Assembly (NCBI GenBank): GCA_038087875.1
Contig: CM075989.1
Location: 23,686,001-23,750,000, forward strand
Direction: 5' to 3'
From: Malacoraja senta
Lineage: Eukaryota
Length of the DNA stretch: 64,000 nt
Part shown: positions 25,561 through 38,384 of the stretch, piece after piece
How positions within the stretch are numbered: position 1 is the stretch's first letter
Layout of the letters: the number at the start of each line of letters is the position of its first letter
Notes under the pieces: model-generated
Databases searched by the model: none
Told to the model about the DNA's origin: nothing
What the model saw: only the letters and a program-made list of their open reading frames with translations
Program-made: the position numbers and the translations under genes

Positions 25561-28134
25561 AACACACCAGAAACAATCATCTAGCTCCAAAAATGCTTGA
25601 TAAATCAGTACATTAGCAAAAGTAAATCCAGTCACGCATGTTAATGTTGGCGTTACAGCCTGTAATTAATAATTATCCTGATGAATTCCTCCTGTATCTC
25701 TGAAATACCAAGCTGTATCTTTACAGCAGAGACGTTAACTGTAGCTCCAAGGTTTAACCCTTAACTACAGAGTGTCTTGTTCCCATCCAAAGAAATTGAA
25801 AACAGATGTGATTCCGCAGGAGAATATCACTTGACAAAGCAATACTTTCTGCAAGAAACCTCAAGACAGAATCCACTGCAATAATACGACTTACTTTGAT
25901 TTGTAACAATAACTGTTCACACAGCAGTTTAATCTAATATAATACATACTAGCTGTTGAAAATGTCAAGTGGGCATTTAATAATTGAAAATGACACAGTA
26001 CAGGTTTTAATTTGGTGTGATTTGATACCCAAAACATCTCTGGCTTATGAAATTCTGTTCCCTCCACACTGACTCTCTGTTGCACAATGTAACATTGCCT
26101 TAGTAACATGCCTAAAGTGTCATATGAAAAATAGTCACTTTGCCCAGATGACCAAAACAGCTCTTGAACTGGCCGATGTGCACCTTCTAGCAGCAACCAT
26201 AGCTCGAGATCAAAAGAGACAAGAAAATGGCATTTTCTCTCAGACACATGAGAACGAGGGGCTTTGTTCAGAGTAACATAGCTCGAACAGCATTAAACCG
26301 CACCTCTGAAGCTCAAACAGATTCACCAGCATCGTAATACATGTTTGGGAAACAAAACTAATGGTATGTTTGAGATTGTAAAGTCAGACAGAAACAAGAG
26401 TTCTGGAACTGCTATCTGGAGGCAGTGTAGTCACAATGACAATGTTTCAGCTCTTTTTCAGGTTTATACAGCGTTTTTGTGGCAGGACATTGTGTACTAA
26501 AGCAAAACCATTTTATTCAGTCAGTTCAATGTCATGCCTATAAAACTGGCTCAATGGTGCTTCATTGAGAAGCACAGTGAAATTATTTTTGAGTTGCCAG
26601 ATTTGGCGCCATTCACAAAGTCCAGTCCATGTGCTGGATGTTATGGAGCGGTGCCCGATCCAGGCGAGATCCAGGCCGCTGCAGGGCCTCCAGCCGTCGC
26701 CTTCATCTGGATCGTTCAGTGAACCGTCGTCCCCCTCCTCACCCGGCCTCCTTCGTGCACGCAATACATGTATGAAATGTGATGGAAGGAACTGCAGATG
26801 CTGGTTTAAACCAAAGATAGACATAAAAGGCTGGAGTAACTCAGCGGGACAGGCAGCATCTCTGGGGAGACGGAATGGGTGACGTTTCGGGTCGAGAGGT
26901 CGGGTCTGAAGAAGGGTCTCGACCTGAAACATCACCCATTCCTCTCCAGAGATGCTGCCTGTCCCGCTGAGTTACTCTAGCATTTTGTGTCTAATACATG
27001 TACGAAATCAGCTTAAAATCTTGCTAATGTACAACAAGATCTACATGAGATGACCTGGGAGTTTGCTGCTGTTTTCTCTCTTGTTCTCATGCCTTGAAAA
27101 TGTATATTATCTGGGTTAAATTAAACTAATGAGCCCCCTCTAGTTTAAATTACTTTGCTAAATAAAAATGACTAGTGGAAGAGGGATTAGCCTTGATAGG
27201 ACCACAATCTATCTTTTTGTTTTAATTTAGAGATACAGTGTGAAAACAGGCCCTTTGGCCCACCGAGTCCATGCCGATCAGTGATCTCCCCATCCACTGG
27301 TTCCATCCTACACACTAGGGGGCAATGTATAGAAGCCAATTAACCTACAAACCTGCACGTCTATGGAATATGGGAGGAAACCGGAGCACCCGGAGAAAAC
27401 CCAATGGTCACGGCGAGAATGTCAAAACTCCCTGCAGACAGCACCCAGGTTCAATAAGGCAGCATCTCTACTGGTGCACCACTGTGCCACGCCAGCTCAA
27501 TAAGCAACAATGCTGATCGGATTTCAATAGGAATGGGTGATCATTGGTTGTTGTGGACTAGGTGGGCTGTTTCCATGCTGTATCACTGAACTAAACTAAA
27601 AATTTAGAAAGTACTATTCCACTTCAGACTTGAATAGATAATGCAGGTTTCATCATTATTGTGGTGCGATGTGTTTGCTGTAGGTTTATGGACCATATTT
27701 AAATAGTGAGAGAGAGAGAGTGCAGGCTCCACCTTTCTCCTTCACACCAATTGTACCTCCCTTATCAAACATTACTGGAACAGATCAACAAGGTCTTTAT
27801 CTTAGGGTCTCGACCCAAAACGTCTCCCATTCCTTCCCTCCAGAGAAGCTGCCTGTCCTGCTGAGTTACTCCAGCATTTTGTGTCTTTATCTTATTTGTT
27901 GTTCAGGATATATACTGCATGAAAAATAACCGCCATAACAACAGCAACTCCACTATCAAATTAATTATTTGGTTTGAAATTGCATTGATCGAAGATTTTT
28001 CCCTTTGAGTATAATATAACATCTGTGGCCACAATAGATCAACAGGGGATGTGATCTCACTGACTCTCCACACTCTGCACTGGACCACTTGGGCATTACA
28101 CACACATAACGCTACATAGACCACATATGTTCAG

Positions 28135-29090
28135 AGACTACAGCTTGGTGTTCAACACCATCATCCCCAAATTTTCTAACAAGCTCAGGAAACTGGGTCT
28201 TTGCATCCCTTTGTAAGTGGATCCTCAACTTCCTCATCAACAGAACATAATTGGTACAAATTGGCAACAACACTATCTCTTCAATAACCATCAGCAGGGG
28301 GTCTCAAGGCTGTGTGCTCAGCCCCCTGCTCTACTCACTCAATACCCATGACATTGTAGCTGGACATCATCTTTAAATTCATCAACGACACAACCGTTAG
28401 ATGATTTACAGATGATGATGAGTCAGAGTCTAGGAGGGAGATCGATCGACTGCCCGAATGGTGCCAGAACAACAACCTTGCTCTCAATAAAGTAAAGCCA
28501 GGGAATTGATTATTGGCTTTGGAAGAGGATGGCTGAAGTTCCATAAACCTGTCTTCATCAACAGGTTGGTGCTGAAGGGAGTCAACAAAATCAAGTTCCT
28601 GGGTGTGTATATCTCTAAACATCTGTCCTGGACCCAACACACTGATACAATCCTGAAGAAACGTCCATCAACATCTCTACCTCCTTAGAAGATGGAGTAG
28701 ATTTGGTCTGTTGATGATTGTTGTCTGGAGGGAACGTCTACAGTTGTACGGTGCTGCCTCAAAAAGGCAGCCAGCATCATCATTGGCCAAGAACCCACCC
28801 TAGCCACGCTCTCATTTCATTTCTGCCATCAGGAAGAAGGTACAGGAACCTGAAACTTGTAACCCCCAGTGTTAGGAACAGCTTCTTCCCAACAACCATT
28901 AGGCCATTGAACGCTACGAACTCAAACTGACTCCAAAGTACAAACTGCATTGATTGAATTAGGGACTTTGAGACTTTTTTGCTTTATAGTTTCTACAGAG
29001 TACTATATTTACATATCTGTTGCTGCGAGTAAGAATTCCATTGTTCCGTTTAGAGACATAAGATGATAAAACACTCTTGACTCTTGAGAA
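28135..29090 (+). mobile_element. Decayed Rex1/Babar LINE RT fragment
   Basis: Degenerate DYSL.FNTIIP, QGCVLSPLLYSL, KFLGVYIS..LSW, HPSHAL...LPSGRRYR...NSFFP; tail ctcttgactcttga. Confidence 0.8.
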
Positions 29091-29279
29091 CATTGAAGAA
29101 ATAGAGTGAACTTATGAGACTTTAATATTCTTTTGGGAATAGTGATCAAGTTGCTAAAAAGCATAATTCTTCCTCTTTGTTCTAGCCATGGTCATCTATT
29201 GGTTAAGTCACAATTGGAATATTCCTTAGATCCCAAGCTTTTCAAAATCGTCAAGGTGATAGAGGGATTTTAAAAGAAA

Positions 29280-29820
29280 TGGATCAAAGTGAATACAATC
29301 ATGAGCGGAATAAATTGGGTAGATGCACAGAATCTCTTGCTCAGAGTAGAGGAATCGAGGACCAGATGACATGGGTTCAAGGTGAAGGGGAAAAGATTTA
29401 ATAGGAATCTGAGGGGTAACTTTTTCACACAAAGGCTGGTGAGTGTATGAAACAAGCTGCCAGAGGAGGTGGTTGAGGCTGGGACTATCCCAACTTTTAA
29501 GAAACAGACAGGTACATGGATAGGTACACAAAAATGCTGGAGAAACTCAGCGGGTGCAGCAGCATCTATGGAGCGAAGGAAATATTTCCTTCGCTCCATA
29601 GATGCTGCTGCACCCGCTGAGTTTCTCCAGCATTTTTGTGTACCTTCGATTTTCCAGCATCTGCAGTTCCTTCTTTAACACAGGTACATGGATAGGACAG
29701 GTTTGGAGGGATATGGGCCAAATGCAGGCAGGTGGGACTAGTGTAGCTGGAACATGTTGACCGGTGTGGGCAAGTTGGGCCAAAGGGCCTGTTTCCACAC
29801 TGTCACTCTATGACTCTATG
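29280..29820 (+). mobile_element. CR1 LINE 3' fragment interrupted by a Penelope-derived palindrome
   Basis: Same 3' region as 5450-6000; insertion flanked by 17-bp duplication acaggtacatggatagg. Confidence 0.85.
29522..29645. repeat. Perfect 124-bp palindrome (62-bp arms, no spacer) of Penelope-derived sequence
   Basis: Arms checked base by base; centre ...gagcgaaggaaat|atttccttcgctc... Confidence 0.95.
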
Positions 29821-31308
29821 AAGCAAGGAATGCAAGGCTTTCGTTAGAAGAGGATGCTGGTAACTGAGCTCATTCTGCTAGTTAAGACCCGTTGTGACCT
29901 ATTTACATTCTGAAAGGTTTTGACAAGCTAAGTCAGAAACCAGGAAGCAGGAGAGTGTCTGATCCGTGACCCCACTCCACTTAGCCACCTATTTCCCAAA
30001 ATATCCAATATTCTTGCCCACCAAAATATATCAGTCTCACATTTTCAAGTCAAGAGTGTTTTTTTGTCATATGTCCCAGATAAAACAAATGAAATTCTTA
30101 CTTTCAGCAGCACAACAGAACAGGTAAATAGAGTACACTGTAAACAATATAATAAACGAGAAAACATGTGTATACACGCGCACACACACACACACACACA
30201 CACACAGGCATATGTACACATAACAAACAAACAATAATAGTGCAATAATTACCAATATTAGTCTATGTGGTTCAGAGCTTATTTGAGGCTGTAATGTTTC
30301 ATAGCCGAATGGCTGTCGGGATGATGCTGTTCCTGAACCTGGACGTTACAGTTTTCTGGCTCCTGTACCTTCATCATGATGGCAGGGGTGAAATGAATGT
30401 GTGGCCAGGGTGCTGTGGATCTCTGATGATTTTATTTTAGATTAATAATGGAATTGGAATTATTTTCAGGAGAGAAAATAATTCCAATTCCATCCATGCA
30501 CTACTTGTAGAAATGTTTTGAACTTCACTCCGGTTTTTGTTTTTAGACTCTGCCCTTGAGACCTCAAGAGTATTTCTCTCTAATGTAGAAACAAAGAACA
30601 GCAGATGCTGGTTAATACACAAAAGGATGCAAAGTGCTGGAGTAACTCAGCAGGTCGGGCAGCATCTCTGGAGAACATGGATAGGCGACTTTTCAGGTCA
30701 AGTCCCTTCTTCAGACTTAAAAGTCCCTTCTTCAGACTTAAAAAGTGTTCTTTTTAAATGAGGCAAGCTTTTCTCTCTCCAATGCCCTTTCAGTCGGTGA
30801 ATCTCAGTGTCCCGTTACTGTTTTGGGTAAAGTTACCTTTTTCTAATTGCTCTACCAGTTTCAAAACCTACTCCCATTAATGACCCAGGTCTTTGTTAAG
30901 GGCTTAAGATTCTTCCTGTGTATTCTGCAGAAGCCTTCAAAAAAGATATATACTGTATATATTTGAAAGAAATCACCAGACTTGTTTGCTCAAGAGAAAA
31001 CATCCCTCGTGGGCTCAGAATTCAATCAGCAATTGCCCAAAAAAGTGCTGTATAGTTGACGATTAATTTAACCCAGAATAGAGCTATTTTACTGTTTTTC
31101 CAGATTGTGCCTACCTATCCAATCTATTGATACTTTCGTGCTGTTTTGATTTTTTTTTAAACTATTGACCACTTTGCCATTTTTTATGGTATCATTGACA
31201 AAGATCTCAATCATGACACATGTACTTTAGTCCCTCCTTAAACGATCTCAAAAATGTGTACAGCATTGCTGAGTCCCAATGTACACAATTTCCCACCTCA
31301 GTCACTCA

Positions 31309-31648
31309 AGGGCCTGTCCCACTTACGCAATTTTTTTGGCGACTTGCCGGCACCCGTCATAATCGCAACAGGTTGCCGAAAATTTTCAACATGTTGAAAA
31401 TCCAGCGGCGACCAGAAAAAGGTACGACTCTTTGGGAGACTACTCACAACCATACAGGCGTCACCCCACAACATGTCGCCTGTATGGTTGTGGTGACGCT
31501 TGTTTGGTCGTGAGTAGTCGCCCAAAGAGTCGTACCTTTTTTTGGTCGCCGCTTGATTTTCAACATGTTGAACAATTTTGGCAGCCTGCTGTGACTATGA
31601 CGGGTGCCGGCAGTCGCCGGAAAAAATCACGTAAGTGGGACAGGCCCT
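31309..31648. mobile_element. Fold-back PIF/Harbinger-type MITE (340 bp)
   Basis: AGGGCCTGTCCCACTTACG ... CGTAAGTGGGACAGGCCCT; imperfect inverted repeat over almost the whole length; flanks TCA/TGA. Confidence 0.85.
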
Positions 31649-31789
31649 TGAAACTGTCAGTGATCATTACCCCTTGCTTTCTCCCGCTCAGTCCATTTTT
31701 GATCCAACTTGTCAGTGTATCTTGGATCGAAAGGGCTTTTATTTACCTGATATTTTCTTTTCTTTGGTGGAGCTAGCAATACGTCTCAC

Positions 31790-32100
31790 TTTTAGTTCAG
31801 TTTAGAGATACAGTGCAGATACAGGCCTTTCGGACCACCGAGTCCACGCCGACCAGCAATCCCAGCAGACTAACACTACCCTACACACACTAGGGACAAT
31901 TTACACAAACACCAAGCCAATTAACCTACATACCTGCACGTGTTTGGAGTGCGGGAGGAAACCGAAGATCTCGGAGAAAACCCATCCGGTCACGGGGAGA
32001 ACGTACAAACTCCGTACAGATAGCACCCGTAGTCGGGATCGAACCCAGGTCTCCGGCGCTGCAAGCGCTGTAAGGCAGTAACTCGACCGCTGTGCCGCCC
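31790..32100 (-). mobile_element. HE1-type SINE
   Basis: Full-length reverse-complement copy. Confidence 0.85.
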
Positions 32101-32579
32101 ATTAAATCTATAGAGACGATGCCATCTTCATTGGCTCTGCTTGTTACCTCTTCAGAAAATTCCCATTCCTGGACATGACCATCTTTCAGGTGAAGGTGCC
32201 CAGATATAGCCCCAAAACTGTGAGGATGTAACCTGGGCTTTGTGCTGCTCTGACACAACTTTGTTTTGTTTGGTTTGGTTTATGTATTGTCACATGCACA
32301 GAGCTACAGTGAAGGACTTGTTCTGCATGCTATCCAGTAAAATAAAGAGTACAATACATCCTCTTCTGAAATAGCACACAAAGAATCGCCATAGGTTTGT
32401 AGGTTAATTGGCTTCTGTAAATTATTACTGGTGTTAGGATAGAACTAGTGTATGGGCGATCGCTGGTCAGCACGGTCTTGGTGGTCTAAAGGGCCTGTTT
32501 CCATGCTGAATCTCTAAACTGAACTAACCTAAACTAAACTATTTGCAATATCAAAGATAGACACAAAATGCGGGAGTAA

Positions 32580-32986
32580 AGGGCCTGTCCCACGAGCATG
32601 CGACTGCATGCGGCAAGCGCGTCCTAACGTGGTCGCCTGAGCCGTACGGCCTCGCGGGGCCGGTCCCACTTCGATCGCCGGAGCCGTATGGAGTTGTGCG
32701 GAGCTGGTCCCGACATCGCGCGGGGCTCCGAAAAACTGACACTGTTCAAAAATTCCGCATGGCAACGGCCTGTCGGCCCGTAGGCGCCTCGACGGGCGTG
32801 CGCAGCATCTCGACTCCGTACGCAGCGTCTTGACGCCATACGCAGCATCTTGACGCCGTACGTCACGCGCGAACTTCCCGCGCACTTCGCTCGAACTTCA
32901 CGTCACTCACTCGACCTCCGCGCGGCTCCCGCTTCCGGTTTGGTCGCGCTTGCCGCATGCAGTCGCATGCTCGTGGGACAGGCCCT
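32580..32986. mobile_element. PIF/Harbinger-type MITE (407 bp), TAA TSD
   Basis: TIR AGGGCCTGTCCCACGAGCATGCGACTGCATGCGGCAAGCGCG at both ends; TAA at 32577-32579 and 32987-32989; splits host repeat GGAG-TAA-CTCAGCGGG. Confidence 0.9.
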
Positions 32987-34356
32987 TAACTCAGCGGGAC
33001 AGGCAGCATCTCTGGAGAGAGGGAATGGGTGACGTTTTGGGTCGAGTCCCTTCTTCAGACTAGCTATGAAGAAGGGTCTCAACTCGAAACGTCACCCATT
33101 CCTTCTCTCCAGAGATGCTGCCTGTCCCGCTGAGTTACTCCAGCATTTTGTGTCTATCTTCAGTGTAAATCAGCATCTGCAGTTCCTTTCTACACATATT
33201 TTAATATCTATCTGCATTAAGTTAAACTTATAGAATTATTTGCTAGGTGGCCCTGTATGGCACAAAAACCAGACCAAAACCATACATGTCGACTATAATC
33301 ACTGTGAGGTTATTTATGTCCCCTCCAAGCTGCCATCTCCTCCACAGCAGTTGAAAAGCCAGTCAGCTGGGCCTGTTCTGTTTTGCATCTTCAGTGCATG
33401 CCACCATTTCACTCTGATGTGATTTACTGGTGAGGAGGGTGTTTCATGATTACAGACGTGTAATCCCATGGTATCTGTTTCTGGCAAGGTTAGCAACGTC
33501 TGTCTTATTTTCTCTCCAACTATGCTGTGCTGTTTCATCTCAGTCTGCGGGGGGAGGAATGTTCAAAAACGTCCCGCTGCCAACAACAAACGCACTTAAA
33601 GTGCTTGCAAACAAAGTTGCCCCGTGTACTGATTGCTGCTCTGGTGGTAGTCAGTCACGGAGCACAATTAAATCATTGCCACCCGACTTGCTGTTAAGAA
33701 GTCTGCTTTCCGAGGCTTCACAACTTACTCCTGGGTCACCATGCTGTCCAAAACCAAATTACTGTTAATTATACCAAATAGTGCAGCTGAATATACAGTC
33801 CCTGAGTCCAAGATTTTCATGTAGAGGATGATTACTTTGGTCAATAAACTTTAAAAGAGCCCAGGAAAATGTGTTAAAAGACACAAAGTGCTGGAGTAAC
33901 TAATCAAATCCTGGCAATGTACCCATGCACACTCAACTCTCATGTATTAATGGAGACACAAGGAACTGCAGATGCTGGTTTATGAAATAAAGTGCTGGAG
34001 TAACTCAGCGGTCAGGGAGCATCTCTGGAGAACATGGATAGGTGACGTTTTGATTCGAGACCCTTTATCTGACTATCCTTGTTCTCCAGAGATGCTGCCT
34101 GACCCACCTGCTTACTTTAAAAAATAACTTAGCCAATTCAGCCTGACAATTCCTGGGATATTCCCTTTATCGAATTTCAATGTTATATTTTGAACTAAAC
34201 GTTGTACACTTTATCCTTCATCTGTACACTGTGCACGGCATGATTGTATTCATGTGTATATATATTTTACTGGATAGCACACAAACAAGCTTTTCACAAT
34301 ATCACGGTATAAGTGACAATAATAAATTGAAACTGAACTAAACAAAACTAGATCTT

Positions 34357-34800
34357 GATAGACACAAAAAGCTGGAGTTACTCAGCTGGACAGGCAGCAT
34401 CTCTGGAGAGAAGCAATGGGTAACGTTTCGGGTCGAGACCCTACTTCAGACTGGTTAGGGATAAGGGAAACGAGAGATATAGACGGAGGTATAGAGAGAT
34501 AAAGAACAATGAATGAAAGATATGCAAAAAAGTAACGATGATAATGGAAACAGGCCGTTGTTAGCTGTTTGTTGGGTGAAAACGAGAAGCTGGTGCGACT
34601 TGGGTGGGGGAGGGATAGAGAGAGAGGGAATGCCGGGGTTACTTGAAGTTAGAGAAATCAATATTCATACCACTGGGCTGTAAGCTGCCCAAGCGAAATA
34701 TGAGATGCTGTTCCTCCAATTTGCGTTTGGCCTCACTCTGACAATGGAGGAGACCGAGGACAGAAAGGTCTGTGTGGGAATGGGAAGGAGAATTAAAGCG
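34357..34800 (-). mobile_element. Penelope-like element 3' fragment
   Basis: Minus strand LSVLGLLHCQSEAKRKLEEQHLIFRLGSLQPSGMNIDFSNFK*; UTR nearly identical to 17636-18005. Confidence 0.85.
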
Positions 34801-36454
34801 TCATCTGGCAGCTTATTCCATACATGTATCATCCTCTGTGAAAAAGTTGCCTCTTAGATCCCTTTTAAATCTGTCTATTCTCCCCTTAAAACGATGCTTT
34901 CCGTGGCAGCCAAGTCAATAGATATTTTTAAGGCAGAGATTGACAGATTCTTGATTAGGCCGAGTGCCAGGGGTTATGGGGAGAAGGCAGGTGAATGGGG
35001 TTGAGAAGGAAAGATGGATCAGCCATGATTTAATGGCGGAGTAGACGATGGGCCGAATTCTGCTCCTATAACTTGTCACGTTATGAACCAGTTTTAGACT
35101 TGCATAACAGACTGTGGCTGCTCACCTCATCTATGGCCTTCATGATTTATACACCTCCATAAGGTCACCCCTCAGCCTCCTGCGCTCCTAGGTAAAATGT
35201 AGACTGCGGTGACCAGAAAAAAATATCAGTTGATGAACTACCAGGTATTGGAGGAGGATTATCATTGGTGGTTGAGTTGAGAACCATCTGCTGGAGCACA
35301 GGAGGCTACATTTTTAACAGGAGGCAGGTAGAGCAGTGAAACCACAAGGAAGATTAGCAAACCTGTGCAGAGCTTAGTGGAAGGTTGCCCAAGCAACGTG
35401 GAGGTATCCATTAGCTAGACACGCTCGCATTTCTCCCTCTGTTGGGAACCGTCACTGACATATGGCAAACCCATGGGCCCAGCAGCAGAGGTCTCCCATC
35501 CAGCAGGGCCATTCACAACGAGTGAGGAATGAAATATAGGCAGTGCCATCTCCTCTCAGACATCCTTCAATGGCCCAGCAAGCTGCCCAAACGTCCTCTT
35601 GACCTATCGGCCTTGGGTTCAGACTTTAGACTTCATGAGAGGAATAGATCAGGTAGATGCTCAGAGTCTCTTGCCCAGAATTGAGGACCAGAGGACATCG
35701 GCATAAGGTGAGGGGGAAAAGGTTTGGAGGGATATGGATCAAATGTGGGCAGGTGGGACTAGTGTAGCTGGGGCATGTTGGCTAGTGTGGGCAAGTTGGG
35801 CCGAAGGGCCTGTATCCACACTGTATCATTCTATCACTCTATGACTATACAGTATGGAAACAGGCCCATCATGTCCGTGCTGACCAGAGCACCCAGGGAA
35901 AACCCACGTAGTCACAGGGAGAACGTACAAACTAGTGAGAATCACGATTATACTTTAGACTTTAAACATATAGCGTGGAAATGAGTTCTCCGGTCCAGAG
36001 AGTCCATGCTAACCACCGATCACCTCCGTAAACAACTTTCAGTGAAAAGGTTGGGGAAAGACCATGAAATTATGATTTAGGTTATTAAATATTGCTCTGA
36101 AAGTCTCTAATTGCAGAGTGAAATGGTGCAATATTCTACTCCAGTGTAGTCTGCATTCCTGAGCAGAACACCAGGGACATTTCAAAGCAGTCTCCTCCTC
36201 GCAAATCAAGGCCACTTTCTGCAATAAAAACCTGTGACTGATCCAAACCACTTGAACAAAACAACTTTCATAAAACCAACATTGGAATTCACAGATCATT
36301 GAAATTAAGAGTAGATTCATAAGTCCGGGTAAGGAAAAAAGATCAGCTCACAGATCAGTTGTAGAAAACAAGGAAATGCAGATGCTGGTTTATACCAAAG
36401 ATATACACAAAGTGCTTTCTTTTGGTCAGAAGGAGGGTCCCGACCCGAAACATC

Positions 36455-36900
36455 ACCTATTCATGTTCTCCACAGATGCTGCCTGACCCGCTGAGTTACA
36501 CCAGCACTCTGTGAAACGTCACCTATCCATGTTCTCCACAGATGCTGCCTGACCCGCTGAGTTACTCCAGCACTCTGTAAAACGTCACCTATCCATGTTC
36601 CGGCAGCATCTATGGAGCGAAGGAAATAGGCAACGTTTCGGCCCGAAACCCTTCCGGGTTTCGGCCCGAAACGTTGCCTATTTCCTTCAGGGTTTCGGCC
36701 CGAAAGGTTGCCCATTTCCTTCGCTCCACAGATGCTGCCTGACCCGCTGAGTTACTCCAGCACTCTGTGAAACGTCACCTATCCATGTTCTCCACAGATG
36801 CTGCCTGACCCGCTGAGTTACTCCAGCACTCTGTGAAACGTCACCTACACATGTCCTCCAGTGATCCTGCCTGACCCGCTGAGTTACTCCAGCACTTTGT
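36455..36900 (+). repeat. 66-bp tandem array derived from the Penelope terminal repeat, interrupted by an inverted insert
   Basis: Units start at 36455, 36521, 36587 and 36777, 36843 (acctatccatgttctccacagatgctgcctgacccgctgagttactccagcactctgtgaaacgtc). Confidence 0.9.
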
Positions 36901-38384
36901 GTCTATTAACAATATTGTGTTTTGGAAGGAACTTGAATTGTACACCTCCAACAGCTTTTGGAATTCTGCGGGACAGGCAGCATCTCTGGAGAGGATTCCT
37001 TCTCTCCAGAGATGCTGCATGTCCCACTGAGCTACTCCAGCTTTTTGCGTCTATCTTCGGTATAAACCAGCATCTGCAGTTCCTTCCTACACAGTTCGAT
37101 GCAGAATGCTTTGTACTGCTGCAGTTAACATTCGTTGTGATTCCCAGGGGTATTTGTGTAGGTGATTGTCAGAAATCCAAGCTCTTTTATTAAATTGGAA
37201 AGCACAGCCTGCATTATTTTTTACGTGACTTCTTGTGCTAAGATTTGTTCAGCTTCCTGAAGAGGCTTTGATGTGTGAGTGAGAAGTATTACGGAATTTA
37301 GTATTCCCTCCTGCCTTTTGGACAGCTCTAGAATGGCTGAATGACAGCACTTGGCCACAAGATCTGTGGATAAGTGCCCTTCTCATCTGGCCCAGTATCC
37401 ATAGGTGTGCTCGGTGAAACTGTATGAGCTGCATGATGTATCAGGGTGTATTGTCTTTCTGCTGACTGGTTAGCACACAACAAAAGCTTTTCTCTGTACC
37501 TCAGTACACGTGACAATAAACTCAACTGAAACTGAAACAAAGTAAAATTTGGATTTGATTAAAAAACACCAATGAATTTTTTGTCAACGTGACACTTCCT
37601 TACATATGTGTAGGAAGGAACTGCAGACACTGGTTTAAACTGACGAGGGACACAAAAGGCTGGAGTAACTCAGCAGGACAGGCAGCATCTCTGGATAGAA
37701 GGAATGGGTGATGTTTCGGGTCGAGACCTTTCTTCAGGCATTCTCCAGAGATGCTGCCTGTCCTGCTGAGTTACTCCAGCTTTTTGGGTCTATCTTCCTG
37801 ACATATGCTGGGAGTAGACGGAGGCATAGACTGCTATTTCACCAAGGGCTTTGTCTAAATTAGTTCCACTCTTTCACTCCTCCTCCTGGGAAGATCACTC
37901 TGTTCTTTCTCCCTTGTAACTCCTTTTTTTTCCAGTTACTGTGACATTTATATACATTTTGGCAGCTTTAATTCGGGACTTAACTTGATCCAAGCAACTG
38001 CCGACAAACAAAAGCAGCCAGAGACCAAGAATAATTCCCATGTCACAATCTGTAAAATCTCTTTACAAAAAAAAGTCCTTTGTGAAGTTTATTGTTCTGA
38101 ATCGACTGCTGGACATCACTCACATGTGGATAAGTTTACTGAAACTCATAGTAGTCTTGTTCTCCCCCAAGGTGTTTTGGAAGCATAAATGCCTGGATAT
38201 GGCCCAGCAAATGGTTTACTTGGCCAAGATGCTTCACTAAGACCATGTAACCCAAATCTAGTGTTAAGTTCCAACTGTATGGTCTAATGGCTGATGCTCA
38301 ACGGAGCAATCTTAATGAGGAGACTGGAGAGGAGATCCCGTAAGGATGTTTTTCCTCGTGAGTGAATCTAGAACACTGAGGGAC

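Noticed and set aside
36039..36320. Cys-containing ORF after a good acceptor (tttttattgcag)
   Set aside because: No convincing donor and no similarity to basonuclin or any protein I recognise.
36455..36900. CRISPR-like regular repeats
   Set aside because: Head-to-tail identical units with no unique spacers, eukaryotic context, no cas genes.
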